The notes under the pieces were generated by a model. The model did not search any database and was not told the DNA's origin. It saw nothing but the letters and a program-made list of their open reading frames with translations. From Gekko japonicus (Eukaryota): a stretch of DNA of 64,000 bases. Position 1 is the first letter of the stretch. Each line of letters opens with the position of its first letter. The translations under genes and the position numbers were made by a program. Below, one piece after another: positions 37,667 to 49,968 of the stretch. The stretch lies in contig NW_015165238.1 in the NCBI RefSeq assembly GCF_001447785.1, positions 343,633 through 407,632 on the forward strand, in the 5' to 3' direction.

Positions 37667-39657
37667 AACCATGATTTATTTAATTCGTTTTTTTGCTGCT
37701 AATCAAAGTCTATTAGTTCTAGTTTCATCAAATTTCTATTATTATCACTCCTAACTATGCATGGGGGGAAAGTGCAGCATTCAGTCATGTACATGTATGT
37801 AAAAAGACCTGGATTCAATCACTGACTCCTCCTGTTAAAAAAGATGTCAGTAGGCTACAGGTTTAAACACAATGGTCTAATATGGTCAAATGAACAAGAT
37901 TATTATTATTTAACTGAAGCAGAGAACAAATAAATTTTCTCCTTGTGGTTGGTTACACCAAGGTCCACAACACTCCTGTCTGCTCTCATTTGTTCTAGGG
38001 AAGCAGGGATTCCTGATGAGTGTACCTGGAGAAAGTACACTACTTGGGCTTGCTGTTATGCACTTTGACCAGTTTTCTATGAACTGGATCCACCAGCAGA
38101 AGATCACAGTTCTCACAGCCACCAACAAGAGTTTCGGGGATCATGTTTGCTTGAGAGGTCCAGGCAACTCTTGGCTGATTAGGCTGTCTTGTGGGTTGAA
38201 GGATCAAAGATGTTTGGGCTAGATAGACAAGTGAACTGTCTCTCTAGAAGTAGTATTATACAGACTTATGGCTTCACTGAACTGTGGGCAAAACTTTCAA
38301 ATATGATACTAGATTTTACAACTGACAGTGCAATTTTCCCAGGTGTATGATCTGGGAGTAGAAGTAAGTGGGATTCTGAGTTTAGGATTTGTTTAGGATT
38401 GCACTATAAATCTGGCAGATATTTTATGCTGATATATTGTCGTTGTGTGCCTCTTCAAAGGCCAGCTATGGTAAAGGTATTCAAGTTAGAATTCCTTGGA
38501 AAAATTGGTAACATCAAGGTTGTAATTTGATGCTCACTTAGATGGGATTGAGCCCCATAAACTCTAATGTTCCTAAATTCTGTGTATAGGAGACTTGCGT
38601 AGGGTTGTGCTGTAAATTTCAATTAACACTGCATTTTTCAAAATGTAGAACTAGCTTTTCTTTTTAAAGGTATTTTTGAATTTGTGTCTGTGTGTATGCA
38701 TGTGTGTGCCCATGCCTGTAAGTCATGGCGAACCCTACTGGGACACAGAGGTGGTTCGATAGCCTGCCTCTGGCCTCCTGGCCCTGGTATTCTTTGGAGA
38801 TTTCTGATTCAAGTACTTGCCAGGATCGCCCCTGCTTAGCTTCCGAGAGCTGACGTAATTGCACTTGCCAGGGCTATCCAGGTCAGGGCTAGAACTAGCT
38901 TTTTGACTAGTGATAAAGAAAGAAGAGACTTGCAAATGGCTGAGTATAGCAGAGCCTGGCTGTCACAGTTCATTGAAAAATAGGTGAGGTAATATTTCAA
39001 GATATTTCAATGTCTACAATTGCTTTAGTGTTTTAAAAGTAATGTCATTAAACTGTAAAGATGTAGTACTCGATCCCAGAATCAGAATTGCAGTTTTACT
39101 TCGTAGACCTCAAAGTTTGCACTTTCAGGATGCATTATTTAAAATCTAAAAGGTCCAAGGACTGCATTGATGTCATGCAATCTACAATCCAATCCTATGC
39201 ATATTTTCTAAAAAATATGTTAATGAGTGTGATGGAACTTAAAAGAGACAGATTGTAGCCCTGGATGTTCTCTCAAGTAATATCTTCTGAAAGTTCAAAA
39301 TTCAATACTTCTGTTTGACACATTCTGTTATACCCTCTGTGGCTGAGAGATGCTAGGAGGAAACTTGGTCTGGTGACAGGGAGAAGGAACACTTTGGAAC
39401 GTGGAGGTGAGGGGGTTAGTGGACCAGTGGCAAGAACTGTGTCTCAAGCCTAGATGTCACAGGGTCCCCTTAATAGGGAGAGTCTAACCCTATAGATCAT
39501 CTGTGAGGAATGGGTAGCTGGTAACATCTGCAGCTGAGGGAGGGCAGGGAGAACCCTTATGAGTATGAGGGATAAGAAGATTGGCAGAGGGCCTTGAGGG
39601 CAGGGCCAGATTTTAGGCTGATCATTACAGGAGGTAGTCAAACATAGCCTGGGGTAG

Positions 39658-40187
39658 CAGGGGTCATTTTGTATAAAAAAGGTGCAGGAACGCATTAGCA
39701 TAACTCATTAGCATAACTTATTTGCATATACCACTCCCCCTGACATCATGGGAAGTCAGAAGGTAACACTCACTGCTCAGGCTCCACTGGACTGTTTTGG
39801 ATTTCTAGCTATGGGGGGGGGAGGAGACGACAGATATGCAGATCTGTCTTTGCAGAGGAGGGAGAGCTTGTACCTGAATAAAACTTGGTCTTAAAGGTGC
39901 CACTGGACTGTTTTGGACTGCTAGCTGGGGGGTTCGCACAGATCTTCCCTCACAGAGATCTGTGCAGAGAGAGAGAAAGAAGGAGGGAAAGAAAGAAGGA
40001 AAAAAGGAGGAAAAGAAAAAAGAAAGAAAAAGAAGTAAATAAATAGAAGGAAATAAGGAGGGAAAGAAAGAGGGAAAGAAAGAGGGAGAGAAGAAGCAGG
40101 GGGCGGGGCTTCTTGCATGTCCCTGCCCCCTGGGACCTTTACTGCTGGAGCTCCACTCCTGTGCGCTCCTGCAGGAAATGACCTCTG
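39658..40187. mobile_element. Non-autonomous hAT element, specific to unit C
   Basis: TIR caggggtcattt / cagaggtcattt; TSD tggggtag/tgtggtag; empty site at ~30180; internal GA-rich microsatellite and Penelope-like snippet. Confidence 0.85.
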
Positions 40188-43100
40188 TGTGGTAGACAGG
40201 GGAGGAGGAGTCAGGGGTTAAGATTTCAATTAGAGGGAAAGATGGTGCATAGCATAAACCACTGTGTAAGCTCATGAAAATTTATTTATTTATCAAATTC
40301 AGGGCTCTTTTTGAAGCAGGAACTCCTTTGCATATTAGGCAACATGTCCCTAATGTAGACACTCCTCCAAGAGCTTACACTTGCCCCTGTAAGAAGATTG
40401 TGGGAGATCTGCGAGCTGGAGATCTCCCACAATTACAATTGACCTCCAGGAAGCAGGGATCAGTTCACCTGGATAAAATGACCACTTTGGAAGGTGGACT
40501 ATATGGAATTATACCCCCCGGAAAGTCCTTACCCAAACCCCACCCTCCTCAGACTCCACCGCCCATATATCCAGGTATTTCTCAACCCAAAGCTGGCAAG
40601 CCCTACAAAACCTCAGTCACCCTCCATACAAAAGAAGCATACCAATAATGCCTCCCTGGGTTTACCTGCAGATGTGCAACTGAAGGTTGGCAGAGTTTAC
40701 TTTGACATTCTTCACCACAGCCCAGCCCAGGAGACAGATGATGATGATGATGCCAAATCTTCCTAGATATTCAGTAGAACAGCTCATACTTGGGCATGGG
40801 GGGGCAATCATGGGACTCTTCTTGAGGTGGGCAAAGGAGATGTTGGGTGGTTCCCACATGGGCGACACATGGTTCTGTGTTTTCTAGAGAAATGTGAGGC
40901 TGCTCCCACTCTGACAGCCCATTTTAGGACTCTTCTGTTCTGTCCCTGCACCGAAGGAGGCTTCACAGGCCTCAGAACGGGAGGAGGGGGATAGTATTTC
41001 CTGGTTGCGCCTCATCCGTGTTGTGCTCAGCCCTTGGTGTTCCACACGGGAGGCCAACACTTTCCTCTCTGGTCTCTTCCTGGAGCTACCATTCAAAGAC
41101 AGCTAGGCCACCTTGCCCCATGCAGTCCACCTGTCTGACCCTGGCTCTTCTCTCCCCCCGGGTGGAGATTGGTCTTTTTGGGCAGACCACACCCAGCTGC
41201 TCATCATCTTTTGCCCCCTGTTGGCTGTCTTCCCCTGGCTTTGGTGGGATGCCTTCTCAGCCACCTTGACCCTGACCCATCTAAGCCCTGCCCTCCCCTG
41301 AGCCAGCCATTCTGCCAGTCCAGGCTTGATGATAAGGAGTTGCCACTGGCCTCTGGTCCTGGGCTGAGCAGCACAGGGCTGGCCAGCCAGTTTGGGGCTT
41401 ATTTGGGGGGCAGCACTGCTCCAGATCACCCAGAAGATCTGCTTGTTGATTGGCTAGGTGGAAAAAAATTATCTCTCTGTAACACCATTTATTTATTTAT
41501 TTTTTGGAATCAATAGTTTAGCACAGGCACAATCACTCCTTAACATGACCTCTGCATAGGATATCAGTCAACACCATAACTTATTAGCTTGCTTATACTG
41601 TCACAAAGAATATATTTCCCTTTAGAAAATAATTGCATCTCTACTACATAATCTGCTCCTGGGAGAGTATAGGTATTTTAATTGCCCCATTGGCATAGGT
41701 CCCTAGGGAATCCCTTATATATATATATGAATGTGGGGAAATGAGAGCTAGTACATACTGGTTCACTTATGGGACAACAGTACAGATACAAAGAAGGTAT
41801 TGCTACATCTACCACATTGTATTTTATTATACAAAGAAAGGGTGACAGATGATGGAACCACACAAGCCAAGCAGACTTCAATAACATTCACTGAATGTGA
41901 AGACAACCTATTGTGGGCCTTGTCCCAGTCATACCAATGATGCAGGTAATGCAGCTTACTTCTCTATTGGAAAGGAAAACAGTGGATCGGATCCTATTAG
42001 GTTTTTTTCTGCTCAGTCTTACTACTATTCTGTACCTCCAATTCCATGGTGTATGTGTGTGTCTTAGGACACTGATCATACTAGGTTTTTGTAGAATCGT
42101 CAAAGTACAATGACATAAATGTTCATAGTGGATGAGTTACCTGAAAGAAATGTATGTATTGCTTCAAGGTTCTCATCACTACACCCAGTTTCCTGTCTTG
42201 GCTTAGTTTCCCCCTTCTGCAAACTCGACAGGACAGAGAGAGGGAAAACCGGTGGAAAATGAAGGTGCTATGAAACAATATGTATATAATTCTGGCTTGT
42301 AAAAGAGGGTTCTTTTATACTAGGAGATTCTTTTGCAACATCCTAAACAGAATTAAACGTTTCCAAACCCATTAAAGTCATATGGACTTAGCAGGGTATA
42401 ACACTGTTTAGGATTGCACGGAGAGTGATGCTTCGAAACTATTTCCTACCTGCCTGCCAGCATACCTCTATGTGCTCAACAAATACTCTACTAAAACTAA
42501 AGTTCATTGCAAGAGGGATCACAAATCTCCACGATTTTATGCTGTTCAATGAATCTATGTCTGAATCTTTCTAGGGGTTGGCAAGATGACATTATTCATT
42601 TTTGCAATTTAATATAGCTTTTGTTCAACACATTTATTTAGACAGTTTCTGCATCATATTATAGCTGTCTAGTGTATATATTAGACTTCCACATTATGTT
42701 GGCTTCTGAGAACTTGTGATCACAAGGAACACAAAGAGCAAAAATCTTAATTCCATGTACAGAGTTCTGATCATATCTCATTCTTAATGTTTCCTGCTCT
42801 TCCCCCCTCATTCTACAATACAGTCTTGTACACCAAATATTAAACTGCTGATACATTTATGCAAAAGTAACCTTGAAGAATGTAAACAAAATCTGTTATT
42901 GCAAAAATATTTATAGTAATATAGGATAAGCTATCATGCAGATTGCAAATAAAGCACGCAATTACATTAAAAGACATAAAATTGCAAGTGGGATATAAAC
43001 CTTGCTGAAGTACAATCCAGAGGGACTGATTCTATGAATAATCTTCTTTATGATGTAAGAACAGAAGAAAGCCTTCTCTTTAACAGCTAAGTTCTTTGGA

Positions 43101-44451
43101 GCATGAAGTTTTCTTCTTCTTTCCTCATGTTTTTAGAATTCCCAGTTTTAGTGAGTTCGGTAAATGTGCGGAAAGGAGAAAACTTTGGGTTTGTGCCTGG
43201 TGAACAAAAATCGACTGCAGAAAATCTCCCTATATAATAATTCTCTGTTGGTGGTGGCACATTGCTGAACATTTCACATGGCTCGCACAGCCTTTGGCTC
43301 CATGATCTGTCAGTCAGAAGCTGTCCCTATCCACGGGCTGCATTGCCTGAGTCTCACCTCCAACATTCTAAACAGTTTGCTGTTCCTTTCCCCCCCATAG
43401 CCAGTCAGAACACAGAGGTTATTTGCATGTGTGACCTGATTGGCCTTTGCCTCAGAGCACATAGGTCATTAGAGGCCTTTGCCTCTAACACTCTAAACAG
43501 TTTGCTGTTGCTGTTCTGAGGCAAAATGTGTTCTGAGGTACCCTTAGTGCCTGTTGGGAGAAACCATTGTTGCCAATCTCCAGGTGAGGGCTGAAGATCA
43601 CTCAGAATTACAACTGCTTTCCCGATGGCAGAGATCAGTTCCCCTGGAGAAAATGGTGCACTCTTTGTCCTTATATCCTGCTGAGATGGTGCCTGTATGA
43701 CAGCCAATGTGACATAGCAGTCAGGGCTTCAGAGCACAGTAGAGGCTGCAGGTGGGGGTGTGTGGAAAGCTGAAGAGTGAGTGGCAAATAAAGGTAGATT
43801 GATGATTGTCTGGGAAGGAGATAGGGTTGCCAACTCCAGGTGGGAAATTCCTGGAGATTTGAGGGATGGAGCCTGGAGAGGGTGAGGTTTCAGGAGGGGT
43901 GGGACCTCAGACTGGTATAATGCCATAGACTCCACCCTCCAAACCAGCCATTCCATCATAGGGAACCATTGTTGCCAACCTCCAGGTGAGGGCTGTAGAT
44001 CACTCGAAATTACAACTGTTCTTCAGTTCCTCTGGAGAAAATGGTGAACTTGGTGTCATTATACCCTGCTGAGGTCGCCACAGCAAATTGACGATGAGTG
44101 CTCAAGGTCAGGGCACCCGCACAGAGCCTGTTTCTAGAGGTCGTTGTATTTATTTCCACAATGGGCCTTATTCCTAGTAACATAAATAGCATATAACTGA
44201 CACACACATATTTTAATAGTAAAGTCAACCAAATCTTTGGATACCTAAATCCAGTAACTGGAGCTGCGAACAGGCAAGACAGATCTTTCTACAGACCTGA
44301 ATAGGGTCCTAGGTTTGCACAAAAATGTGAAATCTAAAAAACCCCAACGCATTGGGGATTTTAAAAAGCCAAAAATGCTAAAAGGAGCACCTGTACCTTT
44401 AAACACTGGATTTTGCCAGTGGCTGTTGCTAGGCAACCTCAGTATTCTAGG

Positions 44452-44832
44452 TAGGGTTGCCAGGTCCTACCTTCATGATGTCGGAGGGATTTGGAGGACA
44501 TTCCTGGAGGGGGAGGGGATGTCATGAAGCATCCCTGATGCAATGATGTCATATGGAAGTGGTGTCATTATGTTGAGGATGTCACATGGCGACACTCTGC
44601 TGTTTGGGTAAAACTCTATGGTAAAAATTGTCCTCACACCATAGAGTTTTGCCCAAAAAGCAGAGTGTCACCGCACAATGTCTCCGATGTGATGATGTCA
44701 CTTCCATATGACATCATCATGTTGGGGACATTGCCACCTGAGGCCACTGTTTGGGGTGGGATTTCCCTGCTGGCCAGTGGCAGACAGAAGACCTGGTGAT
44801 CCCCTGTGCCAACCTGGGGAATGGGAACCCTA
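44452..44832. mobile_element. hAT MITE with internal palindrome; related copy at 54611-54954
   Basis: tagggttgcc...gggaacccta termini; dyad gacactctgc...aaaactctatggt / accatagagtttt...gcagagtgtc. Confidence 0.75.
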
Positions 44833-45044
44833 ATTTCAGAATTGGCTCTGTTAGTAAAAGGCAAGGGGAGGGGGCAGGGTCTTTTTCAGGCATATGTTGA
44901 CCTTTGAGGGGAGACTTATTGAGGCTAGGCCTGCCTAAGGTTGCCAGATGCAGTTGGGAAATTCCTGAAGATTTTGTGGTGGAGCCTGAGGAGTTCAGGG
45001 TTTGAGGAGGGAAGAGGCCTCAGCTGAATATAATGTCAGAGTCC

Positions 45045-46031
45045 ATGCAGCATGTGAAAAACTCAGAGTGGCAAAACAGAACTGCTGTCACCACCTTCAT
45101 CCTCCTCGGGTTTGGCAATGTTGAGGATCTGAACATTCTCCTTTTCTTATTATTTCTAGCTATCTACATTGTGATTCTGTCAGGAAATCTTCTCATTTTT
45201 GTCCTGGTGATGGTTGAACAGCACCTCCATACTCCCATGTATTTCTTTCTGGCAAATCTGGCCTTTTTGGAGTTCTGCTACACTTCAACAATATTACCAA
45301 GAATGCTGGCCAGTTTTGTCACAAGGGACAAAACCATCTCGCTTTTGGGTTGCATTCTTCAGATGCATTTCTTTACTACTCTGGCAGCCACAGAATGTTA
45401 CCTCTTGGCTGCTATGTCATATGATCGCTACCTGGCCATATGTAAACCTTTGCATTATGCCACACTTATGAATGAGAGGATGTGTATCCTGCTTGTTTCA
45501 GTATCATGCATAATTGGGCTACTTCTTATAACCATCTTAACATGTTTGTTGTCACAGCTTAACTTTTGCAACGGATATATAATTGACCATTTCTTCTGTG
45601 ATTTCACCCCTATAGTTCGACTTTCCTGCAGTGACACCCAGGTTGTGGAAACGGCAGCTTTTATAACATCGTCTATAGGGATTCTACCTACATTTCTCAT
45701 AACTGTGGCGTCCTATGTTTTTATTATCACAACAATCCTGAAAATCCCTTCCATCACTGGAAGACAGAAGGCGTTTTCCACCTGCTCCTCCCATCTCACT
45801 GTAGTTTCCATTTTTTATGGATCCTTAATATTTGTCTATGTCTTGCCAACAACGGAGAAGTTCAAAGATCTCAATAAGGTCTTCTCTTTCTTGTATGCAG
45901 TCCTAACGCCAATGGCCAATCCTTTCATATACAGCCTAAGGAACAAAGAAGTAAGGAGCAGTCTTAGAAAAATAGTATGTCAGTTCTGGAGGTTTTCTGT
46001 GACACAAAAGAAATTATGCATCTGTGACTGA
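45045..46031 (+). CDS. Olfactory receptor, tandem copy D (ORF intact, native splice acceptor missing)
   Basis: 4 aa differences from copy C; ATG abuts TE sequence. Confidence 0.92.
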   Translation: MQHVKNSEWQNRTAVTTFILLGFGNVEDLNILLFLLFLAIYIVILSGNLLIFVLVMVEQHLHTPMYFFLANLAFLEFCYTSTILPRMLASFVTRDKTISLLGCILQMHFFTTLAATECYLLAAMSYDRYLAICKPLHYATLMNERMCILLVSVSCIIGLLLITILTCLLSQLNFCNGYIIDHFFCDFTPIVRLSCSDTQVVETAAFITSSIGILPTFLITVASYVFIITTILKIPSITGRQKAFSTCSSHLTVVSIFYGSLIFVYVLPTTEKFKDLNKVFSFLYAVLTPMANPFIYSLRNKEVRSSLRKIVCQFWRFSVTQKKLCICD

Positions 46032-49000
46032 AACCATGATTTATTTAATTCGTTTTTTTGCTGCTAATCAAAGTCTATTAGTTCTAGTTTCATCAAATGT
46101 CTGAGTATTTATTATCACTCCCTACTTTGTATGGGGGGGAAAGTGCAGCATTCAGTCATGTACATGTATGTAAAAAGACCTGGATTCAATCACTGACTCC
46201 TCCTGTTAAAAAAGATGTCAGTAGGCTACAGGTTTAAACACAATAGTCTAATATGGTCAAATGAACAGGGTTATTATTTTTTAACTGAAGCAGAGAACAA
46301 ATAAATTTTCTCCTTGTGGTTGGTTACACCAAGATTCACAACACTCCTGTCTGCTCTCGTTTGGTCTAGGGAAGCAGGGATTCCTGATGAGTGTACCTGG
46401 AGAAAGTACACTACTTGGGCTTGCTGTTCTGCACTTTGACCAGTTTTCTATGAACTGGATCCACCAGCAGAAGATCACAGTTCTCACAGCCACCAACAAG
46501 AGTTTCAGGGATCATGTTTGCTTGAGAGGTCCAGGCAACTCTTGGCTGATTAGGCTGTCTTGTGGGTTGAAAGATCTAAGATGTTTGGGCTAGATAGACC
46601 AGTGAACTGTCTCTCTAGAAGTAATATTATACAGACTTATGGGTTCACTGGACTGTGGGCTAAACTTTCAAATATGATACTAGATTTAACAACTGACAGT
46701 GCAATTTTCCCAGGTGCATGACCTGGGAGTAGAAGTAAATGGGATTCTGAGTTTAGGATTTGTTTAGGATTCCACTGTAAATCTGGCAGATATTTTATGC
46801 TGGTATATTGTGGTTGTGTGCCTCTTCAAAGACCAGCTATGGTAAGGAATTAAAAATAGAAATCCTTGGAAAAATTGGTAACATCAAGCCTGTAATTTGA
46901 TGCTCACTTAGATGGGATTCAGCCCCATGAACTCTAATGTGCCTAAATTCTGAGTATAGGATACTTTCATAGGGTTGTGCTGTAAATTTCAATTAACGCT
47001 GCATTTTTCAAAATGTAAAACTAGCTTTTCTTGCTCTGCTGTTGTATCCCTGCACCGAAGGAAGCTTCACAGGCCTCAGAATGGGAGGAGAGGGGATAGT
47101 ATTTCCTGGTTGCTCCTCATCCATGTTGTGCTCAGCCCTTGGCACTCCACATGGGAGGCCAACAGTTTCCTCTCTGGTCTCTTCCTGGAGCTACCATTCA
47201 AAGAAAGCTAGGCCACCTTGCCCCATGCACTCCACCTGTCTGACCCTTGCTCTTCCCTCCCCCGGGTGGAGATTGGTCTTTTTGGGCAGACCACACCCAG
47301 CTGCTCTTCATCTTTTCCCCTCTTTTGGCTGTCTTCCCCTGGCTTTGGTGGGATGCCTTCTCAGCCACCTTGACCCTGACCCTCACCTGAGCCAGCCATT
47401 TTGCCAGTCCAGGCTTGATGATAAGGAGTTGCCACTGGCCTCTGGTCCTGGGCTGAGCAGCGCATGGCTGGCCAGCCAGTTTGGGGCTTATTTGGGGGCA
47501 GCACTGCTCCAGATCACCCAGAAGATCTGCTTGTTGATAGGCTAGGTTGAAAAAATTATCTCTCTGTAACACCATTTATTTTACTTTATTGTAATCAATA
47601 GTTTAGCACAGGCACAATCGTATCCTCAACATGACCTCTGCATAGGATATCAATCAACACCATAACTACTTAGTTTGCTTATACTGTCACAAGGAATGTA
47701 TTTTCCTTTAGAAAATAATTGCATCTCTACTACATAATCTGCTCCTGGGAGAGTATAGGTATTTTCCATTTCCCCATTGACATGGGTCCTTAGGGAAGTC
47801 CTTACATATATGAATGTGGGGAAAAGAGAGCTAATACATACTGGTTCACTTATGGGACAACATTACAGATGCAAAGAACATGTTGCTACATCTACCACAT
47901 TGTATATTATTATACAAAGAAAGGGTGACAGATGATTGAACCACACAAGCCAAGCAGACTTCAATAACATTCACTGAATGTGATGAGAACCCATTGTGGG
48001 CCTTGTCCCAGTCATACCAATGATGAAGGTAATGCAGCTTCCTTCTCTATTGGAAAGGAAAACAGTGGATCAATTAGGTTTTTTTTTTGCTTCTTTGATA
48101 CTTGGAAATATATTGCAGCATCCTTAACAGAATTAAACTCTTCCAAGCCCATTGAAGTCAGTGGGCTTTGCAGGGTATAACTCTGTTTAGGATTGCACTG
48201 TTAAAGTGTGATGCTTTGGAACTATTACCTACCTGACACCATACTTCCGTGTGCTAAAAAAATGCACTACTAAAACAAAAGTTCACCGCAAAAGGCACTT
48301 CAAATCTCCAATATTCTCTGCTGTTCAATGCGTGTATTTCTGAATCTTTCTAGGGGATAGCAAGATGGTATTATTTATGTTTGTATTCTAGTATAGCTTT
48401 TATTGAACTCATTTATTTAGACAATTTCTGCATGTATAAATTAGACCTTCCACATTATGTTGGGTTCTGAGAAGTTGTGATCACAAGAAACATCAAGAAC
48501 TCTCCATGTGACATGTGACAGGGGTCTGATCACACCCCATTCTGATCATTGTTTCCTCCTCTTTCCCCCTCATTCTACAATCTGATCTTGTGTCCTAATT
48601 ATCAAACTACTGATACATTTATGCAAAAGCAACCTTGAAGAATATAAACAAAATCTGTTGGATTTGGGGTTTTTTTGCAAAAAATATGTAAAGTAATATA
48701 AAATAAACAATCATCCGGAGTGCAAACAAAGTACAATGTGTGTAATTACATTAAAAGACCTACAATTACAAGCAAGACATAAACCCTTCTGATGTACAAT
48801 CTTAAAGGGACTGAGCCTATGAACAATCTTCTTTATGCTGTAAGAAGAGAAAGAAACATTCTCTTTAACAGCCAAAAATAAGACCCTCGGAGCACGAAGT
48901 TCTCTCCTTTCCCAATGTTTTTGCAATCCCCAGTTTAAGTGAGTTCCAAAAAACATGGGGAAAGGAGGAAAAAACTATGGGTTTGCGCCTGTTGAGGAAA

Positions 49001-49077
49001 AATTTAGTGTGGAAAATTTCACATAATGTGCAGATTTTAAAATGTCAATGTGGGGAATTTCACTATTGTGGAAACGG

Positions 49078-49430
49078 TTTAAGTGAATACAGAGATATTT
49101 CTGTTAACACATGCCTTGCACAATTGTATTTATTTGGTTTTTTCATAGCTACTGAATGTTATTTTCTAGCTGTATTATCTTATGATCATTATTTAGCAAT
49201 ATGCAAACCACTGTATTATGCTACCCCATGAATGGCAGAATTTTGATCCTGTTGATTGCTGTATCCTGGATGTGTGGATCACTGAGTGTCAACATCCTAA
49301 TATTCTTGGTGTTCCAGTTTACTTTTTTGTGGACCCACAAAATCAACCATTTTTTCCCATGTGATTTCACAGCAGTGGTGATGCTCTTCTGCAATGATAC
49401 TCATTTGGTTGAAATGACGACCTTCATAAA
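49078..49430 (+). pseudogene. Truncated, frameshifted OR pseudogene (TM3 to ECL2), closest to the 11794 gene
   Basis: CLAQLYLFGFFIATECYFLAVLSYDHYLAICKPL / MNGRILILLIAVSW / KINHFF-CDFT split across frames; 5' part absent; LINE debris at 3' end. Confidence 0.92.
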
Positions 49431-49449
49431 TTTCCTAGATTTTGGAATT

Positions 49450-49968
49450 CTTTTTTTTCTCCTTAATTTTTATTTGATTTTAACACATAATAGGATAGGA
49501 AGGGTACAAGGGATGGGATAAGACATAAAGGGAAGTTCCATCAAGTTTATATAATAGCTGTTACAAATTTTCCATCTTAATGCTTTGTTTCCAGATCTCT
49601 TTCATTTATATATTTACTAAAGCTAGTAACACTTAAACAAATCGCTAAAATCTTCTATAGTGATTCCTGAAGAAAGTCAAGTTGTGTACAGTTCAAGTTA
49701 GAGTTTCACCAAGTTTATAATAGTTATATTCATTGATCATGGTCTTCAAAGTTTCTTTCCACCCAGTCATAAAATGGTATCCAATTATCTCTTGCTTTTT
49801 GTTTACTTCGGTCTTTTAACAAGTCCAACAGTATATCAATTTCTACTGTTATAAATTATTCACAAGTTCATTTTCCGTTGGTATCTCTGATTTCTTCCAG
49901 TAGTTAGCATAAAGAATTCTTGCTGCTGTAACTATATGTATAATTAAGTGCTCAACTTTCTTATCTTT
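49450..49968 (-). mobile_element. L1/Tx1-clade LINE 3' fragment
   Basis: HIVTAARILYANYWKKSEIPT motif, AT-rich 3'UTR, AATAAA and A-rich tail. Confidence 0.7.

Larger units (their letters stand above)
17328..49077 (+). repeat. Tandem segmental duplication of ~8.4-9.5-kb units, one OR each (A-D)
   Basis: Flanks align over kilobases (e.g. identical shadow ORFs at 33925/41678 and 35436/43087); start-codon spacing 9212, 9475, 8365 bp. Confidence 0.95.
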
